Shown here piece after piece: positions 25,641 through 39,164 of a stretch of 64,000 nucleotides of DNA. Each line of letters starts with the position of its first letter. Positions within the stretch are counted from its first letter, which is position 1. Origin of the DNA: Hypanus sabinus (Eukaryota); NCBI RefSeq assembly GCF_030144855.1, contig NC_082709.1, positions 178,498,001 through 178,562,000 of the forward strand, written 5' to 3'. A model generated the notes under the pieces. It ran no database searches, was not told the origin of the DNA, and was given only the letters and a program-made list of their open reading frames with translations. The translations under genes were made by a program, and so were the position numbers.

Positions 25641-28600
25641 ATTTCCGAGATCTTGCTGGGTTTGTTCAATACTTCACGTTGCTATCAGCAAACAGAACCC
25701 AGAGGATGGGTGTGTCCAAAGGTTTGGACTATGGGGAGTGAAATTAATGAAACGTGAGCATGAGACTTGGCCTCAGTAAATGAGACTCGTACCCTTCTGA
25801 TTCACTGCTATCAGCAGCCACTTGCTTTGAGGATGCAGAATCTGGCACTAATGTGTTACAAACTTCCCTCTTTCCAGTCCAACTCTCCTGGATGTAATGT
25901 TGTTTCTGGCTGACTGGCATGGTGACCACGTAATATGCTTGTACTCTGGCCCTGCACTCCACTTGTGTTGCTAAACCACTTATGTTTAAGAGCAGCAGTT
26001 TGATAAATCCTCAGTTAGATACACTGTGCTTGTATTCCTTGAGGCCAGTCAGGAGTACTTGCCTAAGAAGAGCTGGGATACCACTAACTGCTATTCCTGA
26101 ATGTGCCAGAGGTGAGTATAGTTATTGCCCTGTAATTAAGACATGGTTTAGGGTTGTGTATTGTGATGGTGTTGGGTTTGCAAAGTCCAAAACTCAAAAG
26201 GAGATTTTAAGCCCTATCTGATATTGGTATCCTCACTATAGGGAGTTTATAGTGTATCAATCTACTCTTCAAGGACTCATTTATTTCTCTGTCTATTCTC
26301 TGCAGTGAAGTCTTGCTGCCAAAGCCCAGCGATTGAGTGGTGGGTTTCCTCTCCCTACCAAAGAGGAGATACTTCCAGTTAACAAAACAGTTTAAACACT
26401 ATTTTATTTTTAGTGATACACATTTAATTTCAGACAAATAATTCTTAACACACATGTAACTCTCAGATTTCAGATTCATAAAGTATTTCCAAATGTCAAA
26501 AGATTTAAAAGCTACAAAAGATTTCCAAACATGTGCAATTCTTACAAACTGAAAGAACATTCCAACGAGTTGCAGATAAATGAGTCACCCATCACTGAAA
26601 AGAAGGCTGAGGAATGAATTCTAGTTTTTTTCTTTCTGTCACCCAGTCTTTCTGTCATTCACCTTGTCATTCCTAGCAATCCCCATTACTTTTTAACATT
26701 TATACAATTTTGCTACTAGTTGGCTTTATCTGTAAATGAGGTATTTCAGACACCTTTGCTAGGACAAAGTAATTCATAGAGATGGTTTAAATGCTCCTGG
26801 GGCAGAGATCCCAGAATAATACTGTGACAGCTGTGTCAAATATCCCATTTATTATTTGATCAACTACACCTGTGACCATGTTTGATGTGCTAAGTGACAA
26901 AATCAGAATGATCTACAAGCTTCTTTGAACTCCGTGATAATGGTGCAAATAACTTAGCAAGTGTTGTCTGGTTTGATGCAGGCCAATTAACATAACACCA
27001 ATGTCTTGTGTTGATTAAACATTGGCCTAAAACCCTCATTGTTTACTTCCTTACAACAAGAAGCTGAGCTAAGGATATTGGTCAGAAGCTTAACTTTGTC
27101 AAAACCAACTCTGACCCGTTGCAAAGTTCAACTTGCTGTGCTGGAAGCTGAGGTTAGCAATAAAACTCTGGTCCTGGGAACAACCACCTGTGAGAAGGTG
27201 GGTGAGTGGATATGCCGTGTGTTACTGGATGTTGTTCACGAACTTGCCAGCAACAACAAGAACATCCGCCAATATTTTGTTAATATTATCCAGATGGCTG
27301 CTAGTCTTTCTTTTTGTTCTGAATACCTATTGGTTCCTGTGAGGGGAAAAAAAGAACTGTCTTAATATAATGAAGCTATTGGCAGAGGCAAACATTTGGC
27401 TTAGTTTTTTTTGTGTTCCCTATTGCACTGAATAGAATTGCCCTGGGAACATGCCAAATGGGGCAGAGGTTTTTGGCTTCCATGTTTCCAATGTGTCAGC
27501 ACATTGCTTCTAATGAATTTATTCTAGTGTAGTTCCTTATTCTGTGATTAGTGTTCTAGCAGGAAGACCACCTGCACTTCAGTAAAGTTCAGCGGATATT
27601 TATATTCAGTGAGCCACAGATGCAGACTCAGTGTCATCTAAAGGACAAGATGTCTGACAATAATTTTGGGGCACAGTAGCTAAATGGTAGTTACTTGACT
27701 ACTACCTGGAGGCTTGAATTTAAATCTTACCATGGCAGCTGTGGAATTTAAATTCAAGTAATTAAGTAAATCTGGAATAAAATAAAACTAGTATTGCAGA
27801 TGACCAAAGCTATTGGATTATTATGCAAACCCATCTGGTTCTGATGTTCTTCAGGGAATGGTATTTGGCTTCTGTACAGTCTGGCCAAATGTTTCTCAGA
27901 TCCACAACTGTTGGCTCTCAGCTGATCATTTCTGAGGTGGTTGAGAATTTGGTAGTAATTCAGGCAATTACGTTGAAGAGCTTAGCAAGACCTTTCATAA
28001 ACTAGAGATGAAATATCTGTCATGTGCATCAAAATGTGGAGTGAAATGTGTCATTTGTGTCAAATTGAATGAATGAAGATTCTGCTGGGGGTGGTGGGGA
28101 AAGGGAGGCAGGCAGCTAATGTCACCACACTTCTGGTGCCGTCGTAGCATCACACACAAAATGCTGGAGGAACTTGGCAGGACAGCCAACATCCATGGGA
28201 ATGAATAAACAGTCAGCATTTCAGGCCAAGACTTCACTAAAACTGGAAAAGAAGGGGGAAGATGCCTCCAATCATCCACGGATGGCTTTTGAGTTCTTAT
28301 CCCTCATTAACATAAATGGTTGTGTGTTGTATTAAATTCTATTTTGAAGATATCCTAAAGCTCTCCAGTCGGCGGGCAGTTGAGGGCTTGCCCAAGCCAT
28401 CTGCTTTGCCCCACTTCTAGGGTCAAGTCCATGACCAGGTATCCTTGGAGAAGGAACCATGTGGTCTCGGGGGGGGGGGTGGATTTTAGGACTCAATTAC
28501 AAAGTTTAGGAGAAGTTTGGATGGTAGGTGCATGGGGGGGGGGGGGCAATGGCCCAGGTGCAGGTCGATGGGAGTAAGCAGCTTAAATGCTTCAGCTGTA

Positions 28601-29579
28601 CTAGGTGGGCCAAAGGGCCTGTATCTGAGCTGTACTTTTCTATGACTATCACTTATGGTAATCATATTTTAATTTGAAATTAACAATAGTTTGGTAAAAC
28701 CCTGATTAGTGTATTTACCTTAGTGAGAGAATAAACATGTATAGTTTTGTACAAGAATATCCTTTTCAAAGCCATCTGAGATCAGAGTACTAAAATTTGT
28801 GGAGGTGTATGTGTGACTGAAATGAAAATTAACATAAAGATACAACACTCATCTGTTGCATGCACTCACTGCACTTTCTAGGCTAGTGTTCCTGTAATTC
28901 TTTGAGTGAAAAATGCAGAGGCTTTCCATCTCAAGCTCCTAGAGCTCTCACATTTGATTGAAGATAGCCAAGACTAATGATGTTGCTTATAAAGTGATGA
29001 ATGCTAATTCTAGACTGGGATTAATCTTTAGATCTTGTACCACATTTATTTTGGTTTTATCTGACACTTGCTGATGGATTTCCTCTTGTAGACAAATGCT
29101 ATTTCCTTTCCCTTCCAGCCGGGTAAGTTTAAAGATAACTTAATTTAATATTGGGCAGTGCACTAGAATAGATATTTTTAAAAAATCACAGTGGGTGATG
29201 TCCTTGGATATTGATAAGGAGGGAAGAATTGATTGGACTGCAGCCCAAGGAATCTGAACCCTCTGTCAATCATCCACAATATTAAACTTCAAGATGACTA
29301 GTTTCCTCTTAATTTATGCATGCATGTTATTACATATTGTCCTCAATGAGGTGAAAGATTTGTCAGTATAGGGTAAGGATTTCATCATTTTTTCTAAGTG
29401 TGGAGGTAGTTTGTGGATTTGTACCCAACCCAGAGGCTTGAATCACAATGATAGGTGCTTCTTCTTCAGTGACCGTCAGAATAATTCACTCCTTGGGAAA
29501 GCAGCCCTTTTCAAGTAATTGTATAACAGCTGATGTAATTTAAGTGTGCCTCTCAACTAATTGTGATATTTTGGTCATA

Positions 29580-30150
29580 AACACTCAGAGGTCACTTTAT
29601 CAGATACCTACTGCATCTAATAAGGTGGCCACTGAGTGTATGTTTGTGCTGTTTGTAGCCTGTTCTCTTCAGGGCTCGATGTGTTGTGCATTCAGAGTTG
29701 CTCTTTTGCACACCACTGTTGTAATGCATGATTATTTTAATTACTGTCGCTTGAGTTGCTGTCAGCTTGAACCAGCCTGGCCATTCTCCTCTGACCTCTC
29801 ATTAACAAGACGCTTTCACCCAAAGAAATGCCACTCACTGGATCTTTTTATCTCGCCGACCATTCTCTGTAAATTCTAGAGACTGCTGTGCATGAAAGTC
29901 CCATGTGATCAGCAGTTTCCGAGATAGTCAAACCACCCTGCCTGGCACGAGCAATCATTCTATAGTCAAAGTCACTTAGATCACATTTCTTCCCCATTCT
30001 GTTGTTTAGACTGAAAAACAACTGAACCTCTTGCCCATTGCTGCATGCTTTTATGTAATAAGTTGCTGCCATATGATTGGCTGATTATAAATTTGCATTA
30101 ACGAGTAGGTGAACGGGTGTATGGAATAACTTGACGCCACTGAATGTATA
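29580..30150 (-). mobile_element. Tc1/mariner non-autonomous element
   Basis: ORF 29848-30072 MGKKCDLSDFDYRMIARARQGGLTISETAD, and a TIR-TIR hairpin at 29580-29640. Confidence 0.85.
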
Positions 30151-30815
30151 TCGCTAACTAGAGGAGGCTGTGCATGTGAACTGGTCGTTTCCAAAGACGG
30201 CAATGCTGAAGATTGTTAATTGATTGCAGAACAATTTCAGACCTCTTGGAAGTAAGAAAGGGGTTTCTCTTTAATCATTCTCATTCAAAAAAAAAACATG
30301 CATGCATGCACACATTCACCACAAACAATTTGTTCCAGCAAATGACCTGTAATTTTGGATAAACCACCATTTCTATCATCTCCTGGACACTGAGGAGTTT
30401 GCTGTAATTGCCCAGTTAATCCTGGCAAGTGCAATAATTGTGGAAATAGAATACACTAGTTCCCTTTTGCAAACACGTCCTTAGATCTAAATTTTAATTG
30501 CAACCTTTCTACATCATTTATATAACAGCAGGGTTCAAATAGAATTACTCTTCTGAATATTAAAAGCAAATCAAGCATATTTTGTATTGATTGTAATTGA
30601 ACAATTGTAAAAATATTTGTAATGGTTTTCAAAGGTTGGTTAGCTCTGTATTAGAGAGAAAAAGAAAACACTTGAATCCTAGTTGAGTGAGCCAAGATAA
30701 GCTCCAATATTTTCACATCGACGTTCTTCTTGTGTATTTTACTGTCTCTTGACCTGATGTTCTTATTTGAGTTTGATTTTTGAAACACTGTTGTATTATT
30801 GATCAGTGGTTAGAA

Positions 30816-30896
30816 TCTGTGTTCCCAAACTGGGGTCTGTAGAACCCTCAGTTAATGGTAGGGGTCCATGGCATAAAGAAAGGGCAGGAACTCCTG
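30816..30896. mobile_element. Short hAT-type MITE
   Basis: gttcccaaact...ggaactcctg termini. Internal sequence is the reverse complement of the MITE at 58062-58144. Confidence 0.55.
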
Positions 30897-31634
30897 GATT
30901 AGTTGATCTTGGCATGCTAAGCAAGGTGCATTGATTAGTCAGCAAGGGAAACTTGCTGCTAGTAAATACATTTTATACAAACTTTCTCATCAGAATTTGT
31001 ATACTGTTGTATGGGTGGGTATATTTATTTTGACCAAGTTCCAGTTTAAATCCAATTCAACCAGCCCGTGAATACAGCTAAATGAAATAGTTTTCCTCCA
31101 GGGCTAAGGTGCAAATACACTGCCAGCAGCACACAACACAGACAGTCACAAAAGTAATATTAGCCCTTGTCCCTGAACGGCATGGCCTGAAGATTGATGG
31201 TGCAGTGGACTCAATTTTCCGCAAGAACATGTGCGCAGCAATTCCTCATCTCAGGCTCTGTCAACTGCAGACAAAGGCAATCCAGTTTGTCTTCCGGGGG
31301 TGATCACTGGAGAGCAGTATGGATGGGAGAGCTGGCCTGCAGGCCCTCATATTAAATTGTCTAATATTACGGAGACAATTCATCGCCAGCAGTGAGAGTG
31401 TGATCGAGCATCCTGTCAAATCATTTTCCTTTCCTTCTCCTCCTTCACTCTCTGTGTCTTCCTGCCTTGATATATAAAACTGGCATAAAACCAGGAAGTG
31501 TTGGAAATAATTCAGCAGATCAGACAGCACCTTTTGAGTTTTTCTTTTGACCTGCAATCTGACCCTTTTTCTGAAGTGCCTGTAATATTCTCTCGGTGGA
31601 TCCTGTGATGTACCATACTGCTTTGCAGCAAATT

Positions 31635-32100
31635 TCAAGGTAAATTTATTATCAAAATATCAAAATATTTCTGTCATCATATTGTACCCTGACATTCATT
31701 TACTGGCATGTATTTATATTAGAACAAAGAGGTACAACAGAATCAATGGAAAACAAAGATTGGCAAACAGCCAATGTACAAAAAAGGCAAACTGTGTAAA
31801 TACAAGAAAACAAATAATAATAAATAAGTGATATCGAGAGCATGAGTTTCAGTGTCTTTGAAAGTGATTTCATTGTTTGTGGAATAATTTCAATATTGAG
31901 GTGAGTGAAATTATCCATGCTGGTTCAGGAGCCTGATGGTTGTGGAGTAATAACTGTTCCTGAACCTGGTGGTGTGGGACCTGAGCCTCCCTTGCCTCTG
32001 TTCTAATGGCAGCAGTGAGAAGAGAGCATGGCCTAAATGTTGGGGATCTTTGATAATGCCTGTTGCTTTCCTGTGGTAGTGCTACTTGTAGAAGTGCTCA
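31635..32100 (-). mobile_element. Rex1-derived 3' fragment
   Basis: ttcaaggtaaatttattatcaaa tail and shared 3' region. Confidence 0.7.
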
Positions 32101-32104
32101 TTGA

Positions 32105-32890
32105 AGAGGGCTTTGGAAAGCCTTTCTACACCAGATGGAGTTAAAACTAAAATAAAGAAAGTTAAATGATGATTGACTTTTGAAGATTGAATTTGAAGGC
32201 AGAATTGAGAGTAAATAGCAGAGTTCTCAGTAGTGTAGAGGAATAGAGGGATCCTAGGTTTCACATCCATTGATTCTTCAAAGTTTCCACACAAGTTGAT
32301 AGGATTGTTGAGATGGTGTATGGTGTGTTGGTCTTCATTTAGTTGGGAGATTTGAGTTCAAGAGTCATGGGGTATTGTAGTTCTGTAAAGCCCATGTTAA
32401 ACCACACTAGGAATATTGTGTTCAGTTCTGTTTGCCTCCGTATAGGATGTATTTTGGAAACGTTAAAGAGGGTGCAGAGGAGATTCACCAGGATGCTGTC
32501 TGGATCAGAGAGCATGTGAGAAGCTTAAGTGAAGGACGTCTTTTTGGAGCGAAGAAGAATGAAAGGTGATATGATAGAGGTGTCTAAAATGAGAAGAGGC
32601 TTGGATAGAGGAGACAACTAGTCCATTTTTCCCAGGGTAGCAATGGTTACAATGAGAGAGCGTAATTTTAAGGAGGTTGGAGGAAACTATAATAAACTAT
32701 GTAGGTGTTTTATATAGTGTGTGGGTGCATGGAGTGCATTGCCAGGGGAGATTTAAGTTAGCTGGCAATATGGAGGATAGAAAAGTGGAGGGCTATGTGA
32801 GAGGGAAGGGTCAGTTTGATCTTAGAGCAGGTTCATTTTTGGCACTTTATCATGGACTGAAAGGTCTGTATTATGGTGTAATGTTCTATT
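32105..32890 (+). mobile_element. CR1 LINE 3' fragment
   Basis: LGYCVQF/RVQRRFTRML remnants and 3'UTR. Confidence 0.7.
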
Positions 32891-33571
32891 TCTTCCTCTG
32901 CCTCACAATACAGTGAGTACTTCAGCTGGTTGGAAAAATATAGATGCAAAGCATGTGGACTGAGGAGCAAAATCTATGATGGATGATTTGTGTTTAGAAG
33001 TGACAAATATCAGAAGCAATATTGATAGAATGGGAAGATAGTGACCCACTGTAGACTTTAGATGTGTAAATAATCTAAAGGTCATTGCCGAGGAGAACCA
33101 GTAGTGCCTATCACAACTATTTTCCATAGTTAGTACTCTTGTATGCCAGTATAGAGCATGAGCAACTCTGTTTTGGTACAAGAATGGCCATAAAGTCTGA
33201 TAAACAAACATTGGTTGGAGAATTTTAAGATGGAAGCAGAGAACCAACAAAGCTTTAGATGGTTTCAGAAAGTAGAATCCGGATCTGAAGAGTGAAGAAC
33301 TGAGAAAGTGGGGTAATTTGAGAAACTAATGATGGGGTTTGTATCTGTAGATGGGGGATGGGGGAAGAAGGTCTAAACAGGGAGGGCTGAGATGCAGGGT
33401 CACAAGGATGGGCCACGTGTTTCGTGCTCTGTCAGTTAATAAGTGGCTGAATTATGGCTCGTACTCTTTCCTGCTCAGTTACCACACCCTCTTTTTCTCT
33501 CAATTGTCCAAAAAAAAATTCACTGATGTCAGCCTGGATGCATTCAGAAATTGAGCTTTCTGGTTAGTGAA

Positions 33572-33762
33572 ATAACCATATAACTATTACCGCACAGAAG
33601 CAGGCCGTCTTGGCCCTTCTAGTCCGTGCCGAGCGCTTACCCTCACCTAGTCCCACTGGCCCTCACTCAACCCATAACCCTCCATTCCTTTCCAGTCCAT
33701 ATACCTATCCAATTTTACTTTAAGTGACAATACTGAACCTGCCTCTACCACTTCTACTGGAA
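33572..33762 (-). mobile_element. CR1 3' end (same subfamily as 49602-52690)
   Basis: Reverse complement of 52510-52690. Confidence 0.8.
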
Positions 33763-33968
33763 ATCCAAAGGTTTGCCACTATTTCAAAAGCTGTCTGCTT
33801 GCTTCACTGCAAAATGGCCAAGCACTTGCCTTGGAATGAGCCCCTGGTTCTTGATACGAGAGAGGAAATGATTCTCTGTTCCTGTTCCCTTTCAAGTGTA
33901 GTTATTTTCTCATACTTTAGAATCTGGCAATCTTTTGCATTTGTTTTCGTGCCAAGCTTTCCAATTAA

Positions 33969-34247
33969 TGGGGCATCACAGTAGCACAGCAGTCACTATG
34001 ATGCTATTACAGCGCAGGGCTTTGGAGTTCAGAATTCAATTCTGGCATCCTCTGTAAGGAGTTTGTATGTTCTCCCGTGAATGCCAGAGAGAACTCTGGT
34101 TCTCTCCCACAGTCCAAAGATGTACCAATTAGTATGTTAATTAGTCATTGTAAATTGTCCTGTGATTAGGCTAGAGTTAAACAGGTGGGTTGCTGGGAGG
34201 TTCAGCTTGTTGGACCGCACTGTATCTCTAAACAAAATAAAATAAAA
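33969..34247 (+). mobile_element. V-domain SINE (HE1-like)
   Basis: tRNA-like head with B-box-like gttcag/attcaattct, V-domain ctcccacagtccaaagatgtacc, and A-rich tail. Confidence 0.7.
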
Positions 34248-34507
34248 CTGACCGGAGGCAACTCCCTTATTCCAGGAAATCGGTGCTGTCCTCAACACTG
34301 AGCATATTGTTCACTGTGGGGCCTGGAACTGCGCAAAATCCCACAGAGTTATTGTGGTGCTCCAGTCCTCCCTTCCTTCAGATTCCCTAATTCCTCATTC
34401 CACCTGCATGTTGACCTCCTGCCGCTCCAGAATCAACAGCATTAAATCCACTTGCAAACCACTATTTATTTCAATGTTTCATTAAGAATAACTTTACCAA
34501 AAATCAA

Positions 34508-34620
34508 CTATATGTATATGTGTGAATGTGTCTATATGTATGTAATGTATGTGTGTGTATACATATACATGTATGTACTTATATGTGTGTGTATGTATGT
34601 GTGTGTGTGTATATATATAA
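34508..34620. repeat. Compound (TA/TG)n simple repeat
   Basis: Direct observation. Confidence 0.9.
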
Positions 34621-34799
34621 AAAAATTAGAGTTTAAAGTACAGATATGAAAATGTGCCATTGTGCACTTTACCTCCATTTTATTATGTAACCCATCTCCC
34701 TCCATGCTCCTTTGCTTAGCCTATCTTATCTCTTGGCATCCTCTCAGGTCACTTTCCAGCTTTGCTTCTGAACAGAACTGAATGGCCCACTTCCCTGTT

Positions 34800-35850
34800 C
34801 AGGTTCATTTTAATTTTCATTTCAACTGTATTCATGTATACCACCAGCTAATACAATGCTCCTAGAGACCAAGGTCCACAACAAGCTCGCACACAACACT
34901 TAAAAGTAATATTACCACAAATCAATTAATGAATAGTAAGGTGCACTGCAACACAAGTTTAATAAAAAGTAAAAAGTGTAAAAATACTGGTGCTTCATGT
35001 GTCATGAGACCTGGGTGGTGGCAGGGTGTTCAGATGTCTCACAGTCTGGGGAAGGCTGTTTCTTATCCTATCAGTCCATGTCATAATACTATGGTACCTC
35101 CTGCCAGATGTAGGGATTCAAAGAGATGGATGTCAGGGATCATTGCCCTGCATACACAGCACTCCTTGTAAATATCTCAGATTTTTGGAAGAGCAACCTT
35201 GATGATTCCCTCCGCTATCCTTGCAATCCTTTTTAGTGTCTGGTGGTCAGATGCCTTGCAATCCCTGGCCAGGACACTCGCAGTTGTGCTGCTGTAAAAA
35301 TTGCTTAGAATAGACTGGAGGACCTCACTTGCCTCAGGAAGAGGAGATGCCGCTGTGCGTTCTTGATTAAAGAAGGTGGTGTTGCAGGACCAGGTGAAGC
35401 TGTCCACTGTGTGCATTCACAGAAACTCGGTGCTCTTAGCTCTCTCCACAGGCGAGCCACTTATGTGCTGTGATGAGTGGTGGGCCTGCAACTTCCTAAA
35501 GTGCCCAATCATCTCTTTGCTCTTGTCTAGGTTGAGACTCAAGTTGTGCTCACACCATTCCACTAGCAACTCTGTACGGTGCCTCTCGTCTGTGTTGATG
35601 AGGCCGACATCATGTTGTCTCATCAGCAAACTTGATGAATCAATTGGTTTGAACATATCTAGAGGTACGGTCATGCATCAGCAGTGTGAACAGCTGCAGG
35701 GGGTGAACAGAGCTCTCGAGGGGGTGCCAGTACTCAATGTGATGGAGACAAATTTTGCTGTCAACATAGACTTTTTGATAGAAAGACCACAGGCAGTCCA
35801 ATATCCAGTTTTAGAGAGAGATGTTGAGACCCAGTGAGGACAGTTTACCC
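34800..35850 (-). mobile_element. Rex1-type LINE RT and 3' region
   Basis: ORF 35417-35674 LLVEWCEHNLSLNLDKSKEMIGHF, and ORF 35177-35416 LSNFYSSTTASVL...LKRIARIAEGII. Confidence 0.8.
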
Positions 35851-36139
35851 ATGCTGTGTGACTCTGACAGTTTTTATAATGGTCATTGTTACAGAGAGAA
35901 CGTGTAGATTATGGATTCCTGAAAGACCTTTAGCCCTGTGATACTCAACTAGTTGCAACTTGCCTCAACTGTACTTTGATCTTTACTGCTAATGTGAAAC
36001 CACCAACATATTGGCCCATTATAATATGCCGTAGCCTTTTCTCACATGGCACCTTTTCTGGTCTTTCGAAAAAATAGTTTGATATACTCCTTTGTTCTAT
36101 GGAAATAAGTTTGTAGTTCCACAGAATTAGTTGCTTATT

Positions 36140-36710
36140 AAAGTTCAAAGTAAATTTATTTTCAAGGTACATAGAGGTTACTATACACAACACTGAGACT
36201 CGTTTTCTTGTGGGCATACTCAATAAATCCATTTTTCATTTTCAATCTTTCTTTATTGATTTTCCAGTAAAGAAAAAATTGCAACTCAGAAGAGAAGTTT
36301 AAACATACACATATACAAAAGATGTATAAACAGCAAAAAAAAGTATATATTGTCAAAGTCAATTAATAAATCCATAGAATAATAACCTTAACAGAACCAG
36401 TGAAAGAGTGCACCAACTTGGGTATTCAATCAGTGTGCAAAAGATAGCAAGCTGTGCAAATATATAAGGCAATAAATAATAATAAATAAGTAAGCAATAA
36501 ATATCAAGAACATGAGATGAAGAGCCCTTGAAAGTGAGTTCATAGGTTGTGGGAACAGTTCAGTGATGGGACGAGTGAACTTATCCCCTCTGGTTCAAGA
36601 ACCAGATGGTTAAGGGATAATAACTGCCCCTGAACCTAGTGGTGTGAGTGCTGAGGCTCCTGTACTGCCTTCCTGATGGCATCAGTGAGAAGAGAGCATG
36701 TCCTGGTTGG
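36140..36710 (-). mobile_element. Rex1-derived 3' fragment carrying a 132-bp TSD-flanked insertion
   Basis: aagttcaaagtaaatttatt tail. AATAAATCCAT is duplicated at 36222-36232 and 36365-36375. Confidence 0.75.
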
Positions 36711-37259
36711 GATGGTTTTGGGGGTAGCCCAGGAAGTTGGGGACTTGGTCAAAATTTAGAGGCAGGAATGAAGTGAATTGGGAGTCAGTAAATGAGGTGT
36801 TGGAAGCGGGAATGAGTTGAGGTCAGAGCACGCTGCAGTAGAAGGCCAATCATTCCTGCGGAGGTTCATGCAGGCAAGAGAAACAAGGGCAGTGACACCG
36901 CCATTAGTGAGTCCAGAGGCTGAGCCCAAGAGTTGGAAAATTATAGTGTCAATAATGAAGGTCAAAATCAGCCATCAAAATGTCTGGGTCGAGGACTGTA
37001 GATTGGAAGCCCAGAGGCAGTCTGTCCAGAAGTTAAAGAACTGTCTGTGTGAGTGGATTGAAGGGAGGAAAGGGCTTATTTTGTTTTTGTTGTATTGTTG
37101 TTGTTGCTTGCGTTGTTCTGCACATTGTGAGCATGCTATGTTGGAGTCACAATGTGTGGCGACCCTGGTGGGCTGGCCCAGCACATCCTTGGGTTGTGTT
37201 GGTTGTTAATGTAAATGACACATTACACTGTATGTTATAAGTAAGTGATTTTGAATCTG

Positions 37260-37510
37260 TTATCTCCTACTAGATTCCTTCTTCAACCCTTCACTTATTT
37301 CACCTATCCCCTCCCAGCTTTTCACATAATCTCCTGCCCTCCCGTCCACTCACCTTTCCCCTCATCTGATCTCAACTACCACTTGCCAGTTGTACTCCTT
37401 CCCCACCCCCTTCCTTTCCAGTCCTGATGAAGGATCTCAGCCTGAACATCGACTTTCTGTAGATGCTGCCTGATTTGCTAAGTTGCTCCAGCATTTTCTG
37501 TTCATGTTGC
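37260..37510 (+). mobile_element. Penelope-like terminal repeat with hammerhead-like motif
   Basis: Pyrimidine-rich tract followed by cagtc-ctgatga-aggatctcagcct-gaac-atc-gact at 37419-37454. Confidence 0.65.
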
Positions 37511-38094
37511 ATTTGAAACAAAGATTCCCAGTTCCTCCTTTGTCTATCCTGCTGGTTAGGTAGTTAAAAACTATTAAAATTTCCCCTTTATGCCAACTTT
37601 CTAATTTGTGTGTATGTATGTGCACATTCTTCAAGATAGATTCTGCAAGTAATTTTGAGACATGACTGAAGAAGGTCATTGATGTAACGTTTCTCACAGT
37701 GCATCTATCTCACTTGTATAATTACCAGCATAATATTTTAAGCGCAAGATTGTGCAGATGCTGGAAATCCAGAGAAACATTTTGCCAGTGATATATTTGT
37801 TATTTTCCAACACGCTCGGTTTATTCTAGAATCCAATAAATGTTGGTCTCTTTATCTCTGAAATTCTGGATGTTGGCTATAATTGTCTGAATTTGTTCAA
37901 CTATTCTCATGTAACTTCATTGGTGATACGAGTTAAGTTAGTACTTGGTCATTAGTCCCTTGGCTCACCTCTACTCTGATGCATGTATTATTTATCGGTC
38001 ATCACTGCGAACGAAATGTATAGCTAAAGTCTGTGATGTTTATCTATTTCCTATTATGACTTACCCCGCCATTGTCTCTGTGGGACCCAGAGTT

Positions 38095-39160
38095 ATTAGA
38101 ACATAAAGTGATACAGCAGAGAAATGGGCCCCTTGGCCCACAACATTGTGCCGAACTAATTAAATTAGTAATCAAATGGCTAAATAAACTAATCTCTCTG
38201 CCTAAACAATGTCCATATCTTTCCATTTTCCTCAAATTCATATCCCTATCTAAACATCTCTTAAAAGTCCCAAATGTATCTGCCTGCAACACCACCCCAC
38301 CACTCTGTATATTTTAAAAAAATCCTGTCCCTTAAATTTCCTTTAAAATTACCCCCTCTCATCCCCTCTGGCCGACATTTCAACCGTGAAAAATATACAG
38401 TCTGTCTATGCCTCTCATAATCTTATAAAAGATCTATCAGATCTCCCTTCAGCCGAGAAAACAACTCAAGTTTGTCCAATGTCTCATGATAGCCGTGCCC
38501 TCTAATCCAGGCAGCGCGCTGGCAAACTACTTCTGCAACCTCTCAAAAGCTGCAGCATCCTTCTTATAATGGAGTGACCAGAATTGTATGCAATACCCCA
38601 GATGTGGCTGAACTAGAGACTTATGAAGCTTCAACATAAATTCTTGCATTAAGGCAAGAATTCCATATGCCTTCTTAACCACCCTTTATAGTCACTTTTG
38701 GGGGCGAGGAGGGAAGGGGTTATAAATTTGAACCTCAAGATCCCTCTGCTCATCAAATCTTTTTCTGGGTTTCTCTTTATGTTTCACCTACCAAGGTGCA
38801 ATACTTCACATTTGACCAGGTTTATCTCCACGTGTTATTTATCTGGCCATATCTGCAACTGATCTATATCCCGCTGTATTCTTTGCACAACACCAGCAAT
38901 CTTCATATCATCTTCAAACCTGTTAACCCACCCATCTACATTTTCATCCAGGTCATTTATAAACATCATGAACCGCAGAGGTCCCAGACAGATCCCTATG
39001 GAACACCACTAATCATAAATTTCCACAGTTAGGAAAAGTCCCACGACAACCCTTTGACTTCTATGGGCAAAACAGATGTGAATCCAAATGACAAATTCAC
39101 TATGGATCCCATACGCTCAGCACTGATCTCCCTATCCTCCACATTCTTCTCCTTGGTAAA
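38095..39160 (-). mobile_element. CR1 LINE, degraded RT and 3' end
   Basis: Reverse-strand GVP*GSVLG-like (gatccctatggaacaccact) remnant and 3' end ORF 38044-38295 (TFGTFKRCLDRDM). Confidence 0.75.
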
Positions 39161-39164
39161 TACT

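Noticed and set aside
25744-26221. ORFs 25744-25962 and 25982-26221 in unique-looking DNA
   Set aside because: No recognisable domain and no convincing splice sites.
26162-26997. Possible fourth solo LTR (TGTGATG...CATAACA, minus-strand AATAAA)
   Set aside because: No matching TSD and an uncertain right boundary.
33969-34050. tRNA gene
   Set aside because: A degenerate tRNA-derived SINE head with no cloverleaf. The same applies to the other SINE heads.
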